Below, piece after piece: positions 26,005 to 36,239 of a stretch of 45,974 nucleotides of DNA. How positions within the stretch are numbered: the first letter of the stretch is position 1; every line of letters begins with the position of its first letter. Below the pieces are notes generated by a model that saw only the letters and a program-made list of their open reading frames with translations, was not told the DNA's origin and searched no databases. The translations under genes and the position numbers were made by a program. The stretch is from the IMG/VR virus record IMGVR_UViG_3300037851_000266, positions 1 to 45,974 of that record; one strand, written 5' to 3'. The stretch is from a virus (Duplodnaviria; Caudoviricetes).

Positions 26005-27380
26005 GTTCCGCCGCTTCCGGTTTGATCGCCGCGCAGAGTGCGCCAGCGCGGGATATATGCGTAATTGCTGCTTATTGTATTGATTACATTGCTGTTTGCG
26101 GCGGCTACCATGATCACATCTGTATCATCGGTAGGAAGTCCCCATCGCTTCTCACTGTGGACTGCAAGCGCGATTATCTCTTCCCCCGTATTAGTTGCGG
26201 CATATGTTACTATGCTACCGTCTGCATTTTGTGAAATCACAATGCTATTAGAAGCACCGACGCTAGTAGAAGATACTTTAATCATTCCCTCAAAAGATGG
26301 AATCAAAATCAGACAATCCAAATGCAAATCAGGCGATCCGCTAATCAATTCCGCTTCAAGCGATATGTGGTATCTTCGCAATGAATAATAGTTGTCAGGG
26401 ATTTTGATTGATGGGATTTGTATCTCGCCTAACTCATAAAGCTGCCAACTTGTGCCAGAAATAACTTGGCGTGATGAATACTTTTCATATCCGGGGAAAC
26501 CGCTAGCCATTCTTACTCTAGCTGTCCCTGTTGTACTCATTTTTGCGCGCAATAAAACGAGGTATGTTCCCCTTTGATCCTGGTAATAATCAGGATTGGA
26601 CACCATGTCCATGAGATAAGCCGTTACTCGATTAAGCAAAGTTGGCGTTCCGAAGGTGCAAGTTAAACGATTCCCGTCATATGCTGTAGCATCGACAGTA
26701 ACTGTAGTATCGTAGGATAGATATACTGATAAGTCTAAACACCAAGCCGTTTGAAGATTGCTGGCAATTCCTAGTCGATTTGTTTTGAACCCGATCCAGA
26801 AGGTGCTGAATGATGCTGAAAAACCGCCTGATATTTTCAACTTTGGAATTCTAGCAGGGACATCCCCGTTTTTTATTCCCAGGCTTGCTTTATTTCCGAC
26901 TGAATTAAGCCCCGAAATAGTAGCCCAATCAAATTCATAGGGGTACGGGTCTTCCCAAAACGGCGTACGCTCAATGCCAATCTGGTAGTTGCCGATGTAG
27001 TTACCGTTGATCTCCATCGGCGTAAACAGTTGCACTTTATCAGGCGGCTTGATATTGAGGATTTGCGCTTGCCGTGCGTAGGTTTCGCCCTCCTGCTGAA
27101 CGCGAATCCAAACCTGATACCGTTCCACGCCCGGATCATCGATCCACCATTGCACCTGCTTGATTTTTTCGTCAATCAATTGCACCATCTCGGCCAGATC
27201 GTCTTTTGATGTCCCCTGTAATTTCAGCGTAATCGACTCGTTGACCGACTTCGCGCCGATCGGCGCAACTACCGGGAAGTAGCCATTATCAGCTAACGAA
27301 TAACCGTTCGCTGATAAATCCAATTCGTCAATATCAGCAATGAAATCATCTAAGCGGACAAACTTAATCGAGCATCCCAT
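26001..27380 (-). CDS. Distal tail (Dit-like) protein
   Basis: First gene after TMP; 'PFW' motif; AT-rich C-terminal two thirds. Confidence 0.7.
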   Translation of the reverse strand: MGCSIKFVRLDDFIADIDELDLSANGYSLADNGYFPVVAPIGAKSVNESITLKLQGTSKDDLAEMVQLIDEKIKQVQWWIDDPGVERYQVWIRVQQEGETYARQAQILNIKPPDKVQLFTPMEINGNYIGNYQIGIERTPFWEDPYPYEFDWATISGLNSVGNKASLGIKNGDVPARIPKLKISGGFSASFSTFWIGFKTNRLGIASNLQTAWCLDLSVYLSYDTTVTVDATAYDGNRLTCTFGTPTLLNRVTAYLMDMVSNPDYYQDQRGTYLVLLRAKMSTTGTARVRMASGFPGYEKYSSRQVISGTSWQLYELGEIQIPSIKIPDNYYSLRRYHISLEAELISGSPDLHLDCLILIPSFEGMIKVSSTSVGASNSIVISQNADGSIVTYAATNTGEEIIALAVHSEKRWGLPTDDTDVIMVAAANSNVINTISSNYAYIPRWRTLRGDQTGSGGT

Positions 27381-30300
27381 TTATACCCCCATGCGTGCTT
27401 CACTGCGCCCGATCCGGTCGCGGCGCTGTTGATCGAGCAGCATCGCCGCCGCCAGTGGATTGAAAATGTTATTTGTGTAGTTATAGGTATTGCCACTACG
27501 CACGCTTGGCGCAGTGCTATTTTGCTGCGCGGGCGTTTGCACTATTACCCGCTCCCCCGGCGCGGCCAGAAACGGGAAGTAATCGCCTGCGCCACCGCTG
27601 GGGTTGGGCGGTACGATGAAGTCCGCGCCATGCTGATAGCCGGGCGGTGGTGATCCGATCGTGTTATAGCGCACGGTCACAGTAATCGTTTTGCTGACCA
27701 AATTTGCCATGAGCCACGAGACATCGCTGATCGTTTGCAGGGCATAGCGTGCGTCAAGGTTGACATTTGTATCAATCTCTTTGGGAATTGCTAAGACTTG
27801 CTTGAGGTACGATCCCGTCTTGTCCGAAGCGCCTGCGGTGTCGGCCACAAACTTCGTCGTTTTTTCTTTTGGAATCGCCGCCGTGATCTTGGAACCATAA
27901 CCTTCTATACTTTTAATGGCTGCGCTTGTATCGATCGTTGTATCAAATTTTGGCTTAACTGGCAAATCAATGGGCTTGACATTGAATTTGGCTGTAGCTT
28001 GCTTGGCCGCATCAATGTCAAACATGGGCTTGACCGGAATTTCAATCGGCTTGGCATCTGTTGCGCCTAGAGCACCATGCGCCCTTGCCACTTCAAGCAT
28101 TTTTAATTGCGTCTCATTCAGCGCACCATTGGCCTGATCGAGCGCCCCGGTCACGTTATCGACAAAGCCCTGTATACTGCCGTCCACCGCCAGCCCTGCC
28201 GCCGCATCGCGGATCGCCTTCATCGCCGCCACGTCCTGCTGCGACTTCAACCCCCACTTCACCGCCAGCGCATCCAGCGCCGTCGCCTCCGCCTCCGACA
28301 ACCCGCCCACCGCCAACTGCTGCTCAGCATACCCGAACAAAATTCGCCGCGTCGCATCTTCGTGCGCAGCAGCATTAGCGGCAATCTCTTTATTGATCTC
28401 GTTATATTGTCCGCTTAGTTCCTCGATCTTCTTGCTGTTGTCAATGTATGAAGTTGTCGCCGTAGTCGCTTCGCCTAATTTTCCTTTTACACTTTCAATG
28501 CTGGCCGCTGTCGCCGCCATGCGCGCCTGAAATTCAAGTTCTGTTTCATTCTTCTTCATGGCCTGCTGCGTGTAATCTTCCTGCAATGCAGCAAGTTTAG
28601 CCTCAGCCGCCGCACGCTCAACGTCGCTCAGCGTAGCCTTGCTGGTAACTGTAACGGCCCGCCCATTCGCCGCCGTGAGTTTGTCAATCTCTTCTTTTAA
28701 CTCGGCGGATTTTTTCTTGAGATCACTCTGTTTGTCGGTGAACTGTGTTAATTCGTTCTTCAGCGCCCCGGCCATTGCCATCCTCAGAGCGTTCATCCGC
28801 TCCGCAGTATCCGCCGTCGCCGTATTCGCCTCCCGCTGTGCATCCGCCAGTGCCAGCAAGCCGTCCTTTGTTCGCCGCGCCGCCCGATCGGACTCATCGT
28901 ACAGCCCCGCCAGTGCCAGCATTCGCCGCGCCGCCCGATCGGACTCATCGTACAGCCCCGCCGTGCTCTGCTGCGCTCTCGCCAATCGATACTGCGACTC
29001 CGTCAGCGCATAATTCGCCTCAGTCAACTTCTCCACGCGCCCGCCCAGGCCATACGTCACCGTAATCAAATTCCCCTGCGCGTCGATCTCGTACCCCGCC
29101 GCCTTCGCCGTCGCCTCGATCGATGACCGGTAGTCTGCAAAATCCCTGGCGTTCGTCTTGATCGCCTCATGCGTCCCGTTCAATGCGGCCCTTAGACGAT
29201 TCTGTCCATTCGTGAGGATTTCAGTCGTGGCGGCGGCTTGCTTGAATACATCGCCGCTCTTGGACATGGCGATCAAATCTTCGGTCGTGGCTTGTGCGGC
29301 GTTGCCGACTTCCTCCAAAAACTTTCCAATGGCAATCAAGCCCGCTGCGATGATCGCCAGTTCAGCGCCCAGCAATGCGCCGCTGGCTTTCAAATTCTGA
29401 AAAGCGAACTTGACGCTATCGGCATTTATCCCAACGGTCTTCAGATAGCCCGCCGTTTCACCGACCGATTTGCTCATGGTCACGACGCCGCCTGCCACAT
29501 CAAGGGCTACTGAAGTCAACGTTCCGAACACGCTAACGAGTTTCCCGCCGATGGTCAATACCGGCCCGGCGGCGGCGGCCATCAGGCCAAAGCCCACGAT
29601 CAAATCTTTGGTGGGTTGGTCAAGTGCATTGAACGATTTCAGTAGATCATTTGCAATCCCTACTGCCTTTTGCACAGTCGGTAACAGGGCTTGTCCCAAT
29701 GAGGCTAGAGTATCCTGGAATTGCTCATTTAGCGTGCGCGTGGCATTGGCTACACCGTCAGCAGTTCGAGCATAATCACCCTGCGCCGCCGTGGTCTGCT
29801 GGAAGATCAAAGCGCTTGTTGCCAATATCTTTTGTTGCGGCGTAAGAGCCTCTGACACAGTTTTAATCAAGCCCTGTCTAAGTGCTTCATCTTTCAAGGT
29901 AGCTTCATTGATGAGGACATTATAGCGGCGGATCGGCTCGGTTTCACCACGCAGGGCAGCGCCGATAGCCTCAAATGCTTCTTGCGGTGATGTATTGTTG
30001 AATGAGGCCAGGTCAGAGGCGAGTACAGTGTGATTTTGCGCAAACTTGACGATCTCATTACCGGCTAATCCTGCCGACTTTCCGAACATCGCAAAACTAG
30101 CCGCAGAGTCTAGCGCGTGTTGCTTGGATTGTCCGAAAGCCTGCGCCGATGTTTCAGACCATTTTTTAATTTCATTTGCTGAATCTCCAAATAGTACATC
30201 GATTTTGTTCATTGTCTCATTAAGGTCTGATGCTGCTTTGCTCGCCGCAACTGCCAAGCCCGCGATCGGCAAGGTCAAGCCCACGGTGGCAATCTTGCCC

Positions 30301-30470
30301 GCCGCTGTCATCTTGGAACCGATCTGATCGGTAGTCAAACCGAACAGTTTTATTTTCTTATCGGTTTCGTCGGTTTGTCGCCCTAATTTGTCGAGCGAAT
30401 CACCAACACCGCCGATCACTTTAGAGGCTAGATCGGTTGCTTGTATGGCGATCTGTACCACATCAGGCAT
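27381..30470 (-). CDS. Tape measure protein
   Basis: 1029 aa Ala-rich helical protein after the chaperones; 'DLASFNN...ALRGETEPIRR' motif. Confidence 0.95.
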   Translation of the reverse strand: MPDVVQIAIQATDLASKVIGGVGDSLDKLGRQTDETDKKIKLFGLTTDQIGSKMTAAGKIATVGLTLPIAGLAVAASKAASDLNETMNKIDVLFGDSANEIKKWSETSAQAFGQSKQHALDSAASFAMFGKSAGLAGNEIVKFAQNHTVLASDLASFNNTSPQEAFEAIGAALRGETEPIRRYNVLINEATLKDEALRQGLIKTVSEALTPQQKILATSALIFQQTTAAQGDYARTADGVANATRTLNEQFQDTLASLGQALLPTVQKAVGIANDLLKSFNALDQPTKDLIVGFGLMAAAAGPVLTIGGKLVSVFGTLTSVALDVAGGVVTMSKSVGETAGYLKTVGINADSVKFAFQNLKASGALLGAELAIIAAGLIAIGKFLEEVGNAAQATTEDLIAMSKSGDVFKQAAATTEILTNGQNRLRAALNGTHEAIKTNARDFADYRSSIEATAKAAGYEIDAQGNLITVTYGLGGRVEKLTEANYALTESQYRLARAQQSTAGLYDESDRAARRMLALAGLYDESDRAARRTKDGLLALADAQREANTATADTAERMNALRMAMAGALKNELTQFTDKQSDLKKKSAELKEEIDKLTAANGRAVTVTSKATLSDVERAAAEAKLAALQEDYTQQAMKKNETELEFQARMAATAASIESVKGKLGEATTATTSYIDNSKKIEELSGQYNEINKEIAANAAAHEDATRRILFGYAEQQLAVGGLSEAEATALDALAVKWGLKSQQDVAAMKAIRDAAAGLAVDGSIQGFVDNVTGALDQANGALNETQLKMLEVARAHGALGATDAKPIEIPVKPMFDIDAAKQATAKFNVKPIDLPVKPKFDTTIDTSAAIKSIEGYGSKITAAIPKEKTTKFVADTAGASDKTGSYLKQVLAIPKEIDTNVNLDARYALQTISDVSWLMANLVSKTITVTVRYNTIGSPPPGYQHGADFIVPPNPSGGAGDYFPFLAAPGERVIVQTPAQQNSTAPSVRSGNTYNYTNNIFNPLAAAMLLDQQRRDRIGRSEARMGV
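28871..28962. repeat. In-frame tandem duplication in TMP (51-nt period)
   Basis: 41-nt exact repeat at 28871 and 28922, encoding AGLYDESDRAARR twice. Confidence 0.9.
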
Positions 30471-30768
30471 GGTCGCGCTCCATCTGCTCTATGTCGATAA
30501 TCATCTTCCACAGATCAAAATATTTTTCGCTGAACTCTACCTCGGTCATTGCGCCGCGTTCTTCAAACATCTTGCAGGCCGTGTAAACGTTCAGCGCGTG
30601 ATTCATTCTTTCGAGGCTCCCGGCTGTCTGAACTTTCCAGCCGCCCGCATAAGGCAAGCCCCATTGTTGACTGCGCCAAGCGTCGATCAGTTCTCGCGGC
30701 GGCGGCGGGCTAGGTTCATGCCGTCCGGCGGCCCGCCCGCAACGCGCCGCCGCCAGAGTTAGTTTGGG
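30463..30768 (-). CDS. Tail assembly chaperone, -1 frameshift extension (G-T type)
   Basis: -1 frame is open from slippery C CCA AAC (30768-30762) to 30463: ...WGLPYAGGWKVQTAGSLERM... Confidence 0.85.
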   Translation of the reverse strand, partial: PKLTLAAARCGRAAGRHEPSPPPPRELIDAWRSQQWGLPYAGGWKVQTAGSLERMNHALNVYTACKMFEERGAMTEVEFSEKYFDLWKMIIDIEQMERDHA

Positions 30769-31076
30769 GAGATCGTGGTATAGGCCGTGATGTAGTCTTC
30801 AATTTCTTTCCCGACATATAAAATCACCTGTGCGTCAGCCTGGCCCACCTCGTCTATTTCAAGCGTTGGCATGGTGCTGCTCTGCCATTGACTGATCAAA
30901 CCCGCTTCAACCGCCGCCGCAAAAATCATGGCACGGTAGCGGGTATTGCTCAGAAATTGATCCTTGTAGTTGTTGAGGTATTGGCCGATGCACTGCTGAT
31001 AGTTGTCGAGTTGATCGACGGTTAGTCGATCGGGTAGTTCAAAACTCACGCCCAACGCTTCACGTTCCTTGATCAC
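30759..31076 (-). CDS. Tail assembly chaperone
   Basis: Between tail tube and TMP; ends at a slippery heptamer. Confidence 0.85.
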   Translation of the reverse strand: MIKEREALGVSFELPDRLTVDQLDNYQQCIGQYLNNYKDQFLSNTRYRAMIFAAAVEAGLISQWQSSTMPTLEIDEVGQADAQVILYVGKEIEDYITAYTTISPN

Positions 31077-31092
31077 GATCTCCCCTCCTCAG

Positions 31093-31494
31093 TTAGACAG
31101 TCGCTTCGACAAATCCGCCGCTGGCCTTGCCTGTACAGGTCACGGCAACCACATCGTTATAGCCGATGTTTCGATCGCGCCCGGTGATCACAAAATCGGT
31201 GCAGGTCAGTTTCGGCTTGCCGCTGCTGTTGCCCTGCGGATAGATCACCAACGTCTGCCCGCTCTGTGTCGGCCCGAACAGGCCGAATACCGTGGCCGGT
31301 GTCGTGTCGTCCAGCACTTCCAACGTCACATCCGCATCGCGCCGCGTGGCGATAAATGTCATGTACGCATCGCACGCGCCGGTAGAATCAACCGTGTTGA
31401 CCTTTTCGCTCACGGTAACGCTGCGAATGTTGTTGCATGGGATCGCCGTTGATCCCATCGTGATTTCGAGGTTAGCTCCCGTGTATTTTGCCAT
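31093..31494 (-). CDS. Major tail tube protein
   Basis: 133 aa beta-rich; 'VIYPQGNSSGKPK' pattern; AGGAG RBS; position. Confidence 0.85.
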   Translation of the reverse strand: MAKYTGANLEITMGSTAIPCNNIRSVTVSEKVNTVDSTGACDAYMTFIATRRDADVTLEVLDDTTPATVFGLFGPTQSGQTLVIYPQGNSSGKPKLTCTDFVITGRDRNIGYNDVVAVTCTGKASGGFVEATV

Positions 31495-31505
31495 GACTCA
31501 TTCTC

Positions 31506-31949
31506 CTAATTGATGTACTCTGTTGCTTCGAGCGTCACCTGACCGCCCAAATAGGTGCGGCCACCGACTTCGATCAGTTTTTCAGCAATCGAAAAGCCGG
31601 TCGGGATGACCTCGTAAACGCCCAGATCGGTATCGGCGTTCGCAATCGCCGTAAAAATATTCGACATAGCGGCGCGAATCGCCGTTTCATACTGGCTGTT
31701 GTCGGTGCTCTGCGTCGTCTCGATATGCAGATACACATAGTTGATGGTGTACTTGGCCCGCTTGAAAGCGTTACCGCTTACACACGCCGATAATCTTTCC
31801 ACGCTGTTGAGATCAACGGTTGGCGAGTAAGAGGGATACAAGGCAGGCACGCGGCAATTCTGCGAGAACTGCGGCGCATGATCAAGCACCGTCACGCCCG
31901 CGATCGTTAGTGCGGCGATGTTTGTGATTACAGTGTTCCATTCAAACAT
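31506..31949 (-). CDS. Tail terminator / completion protein
   Basis: Position before the tube gene; TGATG overlap; start MFEWN. Confidence 0.65.
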   Translation of the reverse strand: MFEWNTVITNIAALTIAGVTVLDHAPQFSQNCRVPALYPSYSPTVDLNSVERLSACVSGNAFKRAKYTINYVYLHIETTQSTDNSQYETAIRAAMSNIFTAIANADTDLGVYEVIPTGFSIAEKLIEVGGRTYLGGQVTLEATEYIN

Positions 31950-33235
31950 CAGCCCAACACCCCCTTTCTGAACACGAGCGGCTTGACTTGCTTCCACGCA
32001 AACAAGTGGCCGTTGCGCGTTCCAAATGGACTATTCATCTCATCATTAGTCATCGAAAACTTCTCAAGCTCAGCACTGCCCACGAACGCCCGATCAATCT
32101 GCCAGTAATATAGTTCCTTGTTCGTGCTGGGGCAGGCGCATATTCGCCGCCCGATTTCAGCAGCGGTCAAACGCGAGATAACCGAAATCCATTTCGGTTG
32201 AATCTGTCCATTGATGAGGTTATCACCGGCTTCATATCTGATCTCGATGCGAGACGGCGGCGCGCAATTAGACATCCAAGAGGCGTACCATTCACCGCTA
32301 GTCGAATCATAGACCGCCTCACCGACTGAGACGATCCCGCGCTCAGCGTCACGAATACCACAGCGGGCAATGGCGTATGCCTCCGCCGCCGGGTCTTGTG
32401 AATTCGCGCCGCCCGTTGACGAGCCGCAACCTGTGCATGTGGCAAAGGCCGGAAACGGGCGCGTTTCCCAGATAAGTTTCGCCTGTGCCGTGTCGGTAGT
32501 CGTGCCGGTCGGATCGATATAGCGCCGATAGATGTCCAGTGATGTGACAAAGTTTGACGCCGTGCTAATGCTCAGCGCCGATGTCGCCAGCGGCGATTGA
32601 TACAGGATCGGCTTGACCAAACACCAATACGGCCCCTTGATCGTCGCCACGCCGCCACTAATGTTCACAGTTGCCGGAATGCGCCAGCGCTCAGACGGCC
32701 CCGCGCCGTTTAGCCGATCGCCTGCGGCAAATATCACCTGTATCTCTTCAAGATCGGTGACGGTCGTGCTCACGGTTGCCGTGAATGTGTCATAGATACC
32801 ATCGCCATCAGCATCGCTATAGACCAGGTGCGCGGGCGCGCCTGTGGTGACAGTTTCGATCAGGCTGTAGGTTTCAACTCCGATTTTTCTGATCTTTGCT
32901 TCAGACAAGTTGATCGTCAACCATCTACCGTCTGCGCTGATATAGTTCATGCGGTTAAGATTGCTGTCAAAATAGCGCGGTACAGGAACGGTGATTTCCT
33001 TGTAGCGCGGCGCGATGTTATAGCCTAAGTGCGGAAAGATCATCTCCTCGGCGCGTTTGATCGCTGTGCGGATGTCCTCGCGGCCTGCTGCGTCGGTCGT
33101 CTGATAGGCATACTCAAACACGGTCGGATCGCAGTCGGTGATGAACGTCGATCCGATCGCCTGCAATTGCCAAAATGCCCACGGCTGAAACTGCATTTCA
33201 CGGCGGAATAGTTCAGGATGTACGAGTCCGGTCAT
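31949..33235 (-). CDS. Head-tail adaptor (enlarged)
   Basis: 'AIKRAEEMI...LGY' N-terminus and 'IEIRYEAG' C-terminus typical of adaptors. Confidence 0.65.
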   Translation of the reverse strand: MTGLVHPELFRREMQFQPWAFWQLQAIGSTFITDCDPTVFEYAYQTTDAAGREDIRTAIKRAEEMIFPHLGYNIAPRYKEITVPVPRYFDSNLNRMNYISADGRWLTINLSEAKIRKIGVETYSLIETVTTGAPAHLVYSDADGDGIYDTFTATVSTTVTDLEEIQVIFAAGDRLNGAGPSERWRIPATVNISGGVATIKGPYWCLVKPILYQSPLATSALSISTASNFVTSLDIYRRYIDPTGTTTDTAQAKLIWETRPFPAFATCTGCGSSTGGANSQDPAAEAYAIARCGIRDAERGIVSVGEAVYDSTSGEWYASWMSNCAPPSRIEIRYEAGDNLINGQIQPKWISVISRLTAAEIGRRICACPSTNKELYYWQIDRAFVGSAELEKFSMTNDEMNSPFGTRNGHLFAWKQVKPLVFRKGVLG

Positions 33236-33525
33236 TTGCTCATCACCTTATTGAGGATCAGCCCGCCGCACGCCACAGCCAGCCAGAATACGAGCGGCGT
33301 CACAATCTCAGCGGGTAGGTACAACACAGCCAACACCACGATCAATGATGTCCATACGCTGATGCAGGCCGCGCAATTCAGACCACGCCCGATCCATGTC
33401 GCCTGATTGGAATCAATGCGCCCGCGCAGACTGGCGAACATGCTGAATGGCCCCTCTTCACGCGCTATCATATGCGCGAGACGATAGGCGGCCATGAGTA
33501 CGACAATAAACATGAAGAGTGTCAT
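33232..33525 (-). CDS. DUF1360-like membrane protein
   Basis: AAYRLAHMI..EEGPF...LR and LNCAACISVW; about 3 TM segments. Confidence 0.75.
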   Translation of the reverse strand: MTLFMFIVVLMAAYRLAHMIAREEGPFSMFASLRGRIDSNQATWIGRGLNCAACISVWTSLIVVLAVLYLPAEIVTPLVFWLAVACGGLILNKVMSK

Positions 33526-36239
33526 TTGCGCTTGCGCCTCTTCGGTGTCAGTGAATCCGTGGTGACTTGCGCCTCCAATACTGCCGTCATCGTTCTGACG
33601 GCCTCAACCGCCGGAACCGCCGCGATTGTCTCGACGGCCTCAACTTGTGGCGCAGCGGTGATCGTTTCAACTGGATTCGGCGGCGGCGCGACAACCCATT
33701 TGCTTGTTCGCACGAGCAAAGTCACATCGTCAGGGTGCGCCCACACTTGCCGCTGTACGTCATTATCCGCGCCCTGATACGTGCGGCCCCCGTTGCCGTT
33801 GAACGTATACGATCCGGGATTCTTGCCGATATAATTCAGCAGCACCATTCCCGCAACCGGATCGCCTTGATAACTGTTGATGTCAGCGGGCATGGCATTG
33901 ATCGCCATCTTCGCCGCTAGAATCGCTGCCCCGTTTCCACCGCAGCACGACATAGTAACCCCCTGTAATCTTGCGCCGCCTAGCGGGTGTTGGCCGTTAG
34001 GCGATAGATACTCACGATAAATCAGCACGGCCCGATCGACATGCCGCCCGCAGTAGCTTTTCAAAGCTAACCGCACAAGGAGATCGTTTTCATCATGGCT
34101 GATCGCCTCGTCAAAGCCTCCCACGTCCAACAGCCAATCATGCGGGATCAATGCGGCGATTTTCGGAATGCGCTGCTCGGATTGCACGACGCCGGGAAAA
34201 TCAAGCGCCCGATACGTCTGCGGATGTCCGGTCGCCTTGATGATCTCAGTGTTGCCGTAGGTATAGCCCGCTTGATCGTCAAGGCCCTTCGCTAACTCTT
34301 GCAAGGCATTGGGTAATAACACATCGTCGGGATCAAGAAACAGCACGAGCGGCGCTTTGACTTCACTCAAGCCATAGTTGCGCGCCGCATTCAAGCCACG
34401 CTGTCGGCCATCGACTACCCATGATGCGAATGGATAGCGGCGCAGCAACGAGGCAGGTATGTCCGTTTGGCGATCCTTGATCGTATCGTCAACGATGATC
34501 AATTCCCACGAGCGCAGCGTTTGCCCTAACACGGAATCGATCGCCTCGGCTAGATGATGGACATGCCCCGGCGTCACGGCGATGATCACCGCGACAGTCG
34601 GGCTTGAATACGAGAACACTTCCGGCACGCTGTTGCCGTCCATCGGCACGGCAAATGGGAAAATATGATCGCGCAGCCAGGGCAGGTGATCGTCAATCGC
34701 TTTGTATTTGAGCCGCCTTGAATTGCTCTTGGCGTGCAAGCGATAACGGAATAGGCGATCAGTTGTGACCTTGCGCGCCATAAAGCCAACTGATAAACCG
34801 CGTGTCCAGAATTCAGCATCTTCGCCCGGCGCGTACTCTTGCTTGTGCGGCCCCGCCCGTTCCCACATTTCACGCCGGAACATGCAGGCGCTTGGAATAC
34901 AGCACGCAGGCGGCACGGTATTCTGCGCTTGATGATTCCACGAGAATTCAGGCGGGAAGTCCGTTTTATGCTCGGCTCCCTCGTCAGTGAAACCGACCAA
35001 GCCGGTATAAGCAATACCCAACCCCCGATCGGCTTGCATCGCTGGCAACAGCGCCGCCGCAAAGGTCGGCTCCAGCTTGTCGTCAGCATCCAATAGCACA
35101 ATATAGGGCTGCGTCGTGGCCTCAATCCCTGTAGTACGCGCTGCTGCTACGCCTGCATTGCGCTGATGGATAACCTTTACCCCGGTATTCCGATATTGCG
35201 CCAGCCGATCAAGCGTGTCATCAGTGGAGCCATCATCGACTACGATCACCTCAGCAGGCTTGATTGTCTGCGCCAGAACACTGTCCACGGCCTCAGAAAT
35301 GTATTTTCCGTAGTTATAGGCAGTAATCACGAAACTAACACCTTGCGGCGCGTGCTGCAGCGATTGGTGTACCTGTCGGAACAAGTCGGCGTATTGTGCC
35401 ATAGCCGACTCCCAACTATAGCGGCTGGCTGTCTGCATGGCCGCTGCGCTCATCTCGGCCCGGCGGCTCATAATTTCGATGTAGCCATTGTGCAGCGCAT
35501 CATAGTCGCCCGGTTTGACCAGGATACCATCAATACCGTTTGTCACGATTTCAGCCGTGCCACCCCAATCAAAGCCCAGCACCGGCACACCGCAGGCCAT
35601 CGCCTCAAGCGTGCCAATGCCGAAAGTTTCCTTGACCGTCGCCAGATAGATTGAGGCATCCGCGATGATTTGCTTCATCTGCGGCGCGTCCTGCGTGCCG
35701 ATGACCTGTAAGTGCTTTGTACGCCGCACGCTCGGCGGTATAAAGGTCGTCACCACATCGATCCCGCGCTTGGCTAGTTCAAAGGGCGGCGTCGGGTCGC
35801 ATACATCGAAGTTACGATTTTTGTTCCATAGCACGTAACCCTGTGACCGGCCCGGTTTCCACTCGTCAAGATCAATCCCATGCCCGATCACCATAGGATT
35901 GATCCGCATGTCACGCTTAAACGGCATGGCGACCCACTGCGACGGCACGACGATCACCTTAGCCCGCCGCGCCGCTTCGATGATTCCGCGATTAGCAGCA
36001 TGACTGTAGTCGGTATATTTGCCGCTGCCCTTGTCGCCTGTCCAGTACAGACCATGACAACACAGCACGTCAATGCGCGGCATATCGAATTGCTGCGTGT
36101 GGCCGATGTAAAGATCAGCATCACGATCAACAAACTCAAAGCCTAACGCGGGCAGGTATTTTCTCTGCGCGTGTACCACGCGGCCTATGCCGTGCGCGGG
36201 CGCAAGTTTTGCCGGTTCAGGTAAGAGACAGAGTTTCAT
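33522..36239 (-). CDS. Multidomain glycosyltransferase (GT4 + GT2 + GT2 + C-terminal domain)
   Basis: ETFGIGTLEAMACG (GT4); VITAYN...VVDDGSTD...LLDADD (GT2); IVDD...FLDPDD (second GT2). Confidence 0.92.
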   Translation of the reverse strand: MKLCLLPEPAKLAPAHGIGRVVHAQRKYLPALGFEFVDRDADLYIGHTQQFDMPRIDVLCCHGLYWTGDKGSGKYTDYSHAANRGIIEAARRAKVIVVPSQWVAMPFKRDMRINPMVIGHGIDLDEWKPGRSQGYVLWNKNRNFDVCDPTPPFELAKRGIDVVTTFIPPSVRRTKHLQVIGTQDAPQMKQIIADASIYLATVKETFGIGTLEAMACGVPVLGFDWGGTAEIVTNGIDGILVKPGDYDALHNGYIEIMSRRAEMSAAAMQTASRYSWESAMAQYADLFRQVHQSLQHAPQGVSFVITAYNYGKYISEAVDSVLAQTIKPAEVIVVDDGSTDDTLDRLAQYRNTGVKVIHQRNAGVAAARTTGIEATTQPYIVLLDADDKLEPTFAAALLPAMQADRGLGIAYTGLVGFTDEGAEHKTDFPPEFSWNHQAQNTVPPACCIPSACMFRREMWERAGPHKQEYAPGEDAEFWTRGLSVGFMARKVTTDRLFRYRLHAKSNSRRLKYKAIDDHLPWLRDHIFPFAVPMDGNSVPEVFSYSSPTVAVIIAVTPGHVHHLAEAIDSVLGQTLRSWELIIVDDTIKDRQTDIPASLLRRYPFASWVVDGRQRGLNAARNYGLSEVKAPLVLFLDPDDVLLPNALQELAKGLDDQAGYTYGNTEIIKATGHPQTYRALDFPGVVQSEQRIPKIAALIPHDWLLDVGGFDEAISHDENDLLVRLALKSYCGRHVDRAVLIYREYLSPNGQHPLGGARLQGVTMSCCGGNGAAILAAKMAINAMPADINSYQGDPVAGMVLLNYIGKNPGSYTFNGNGGRTYQGADNDVQRQVWAHPDDVTLLVRTSKWVVAPPPNPVETITAAPQVEAVETIAAVPAVEAVRTMTAVLEAQVTTDSLTPKRRKRK

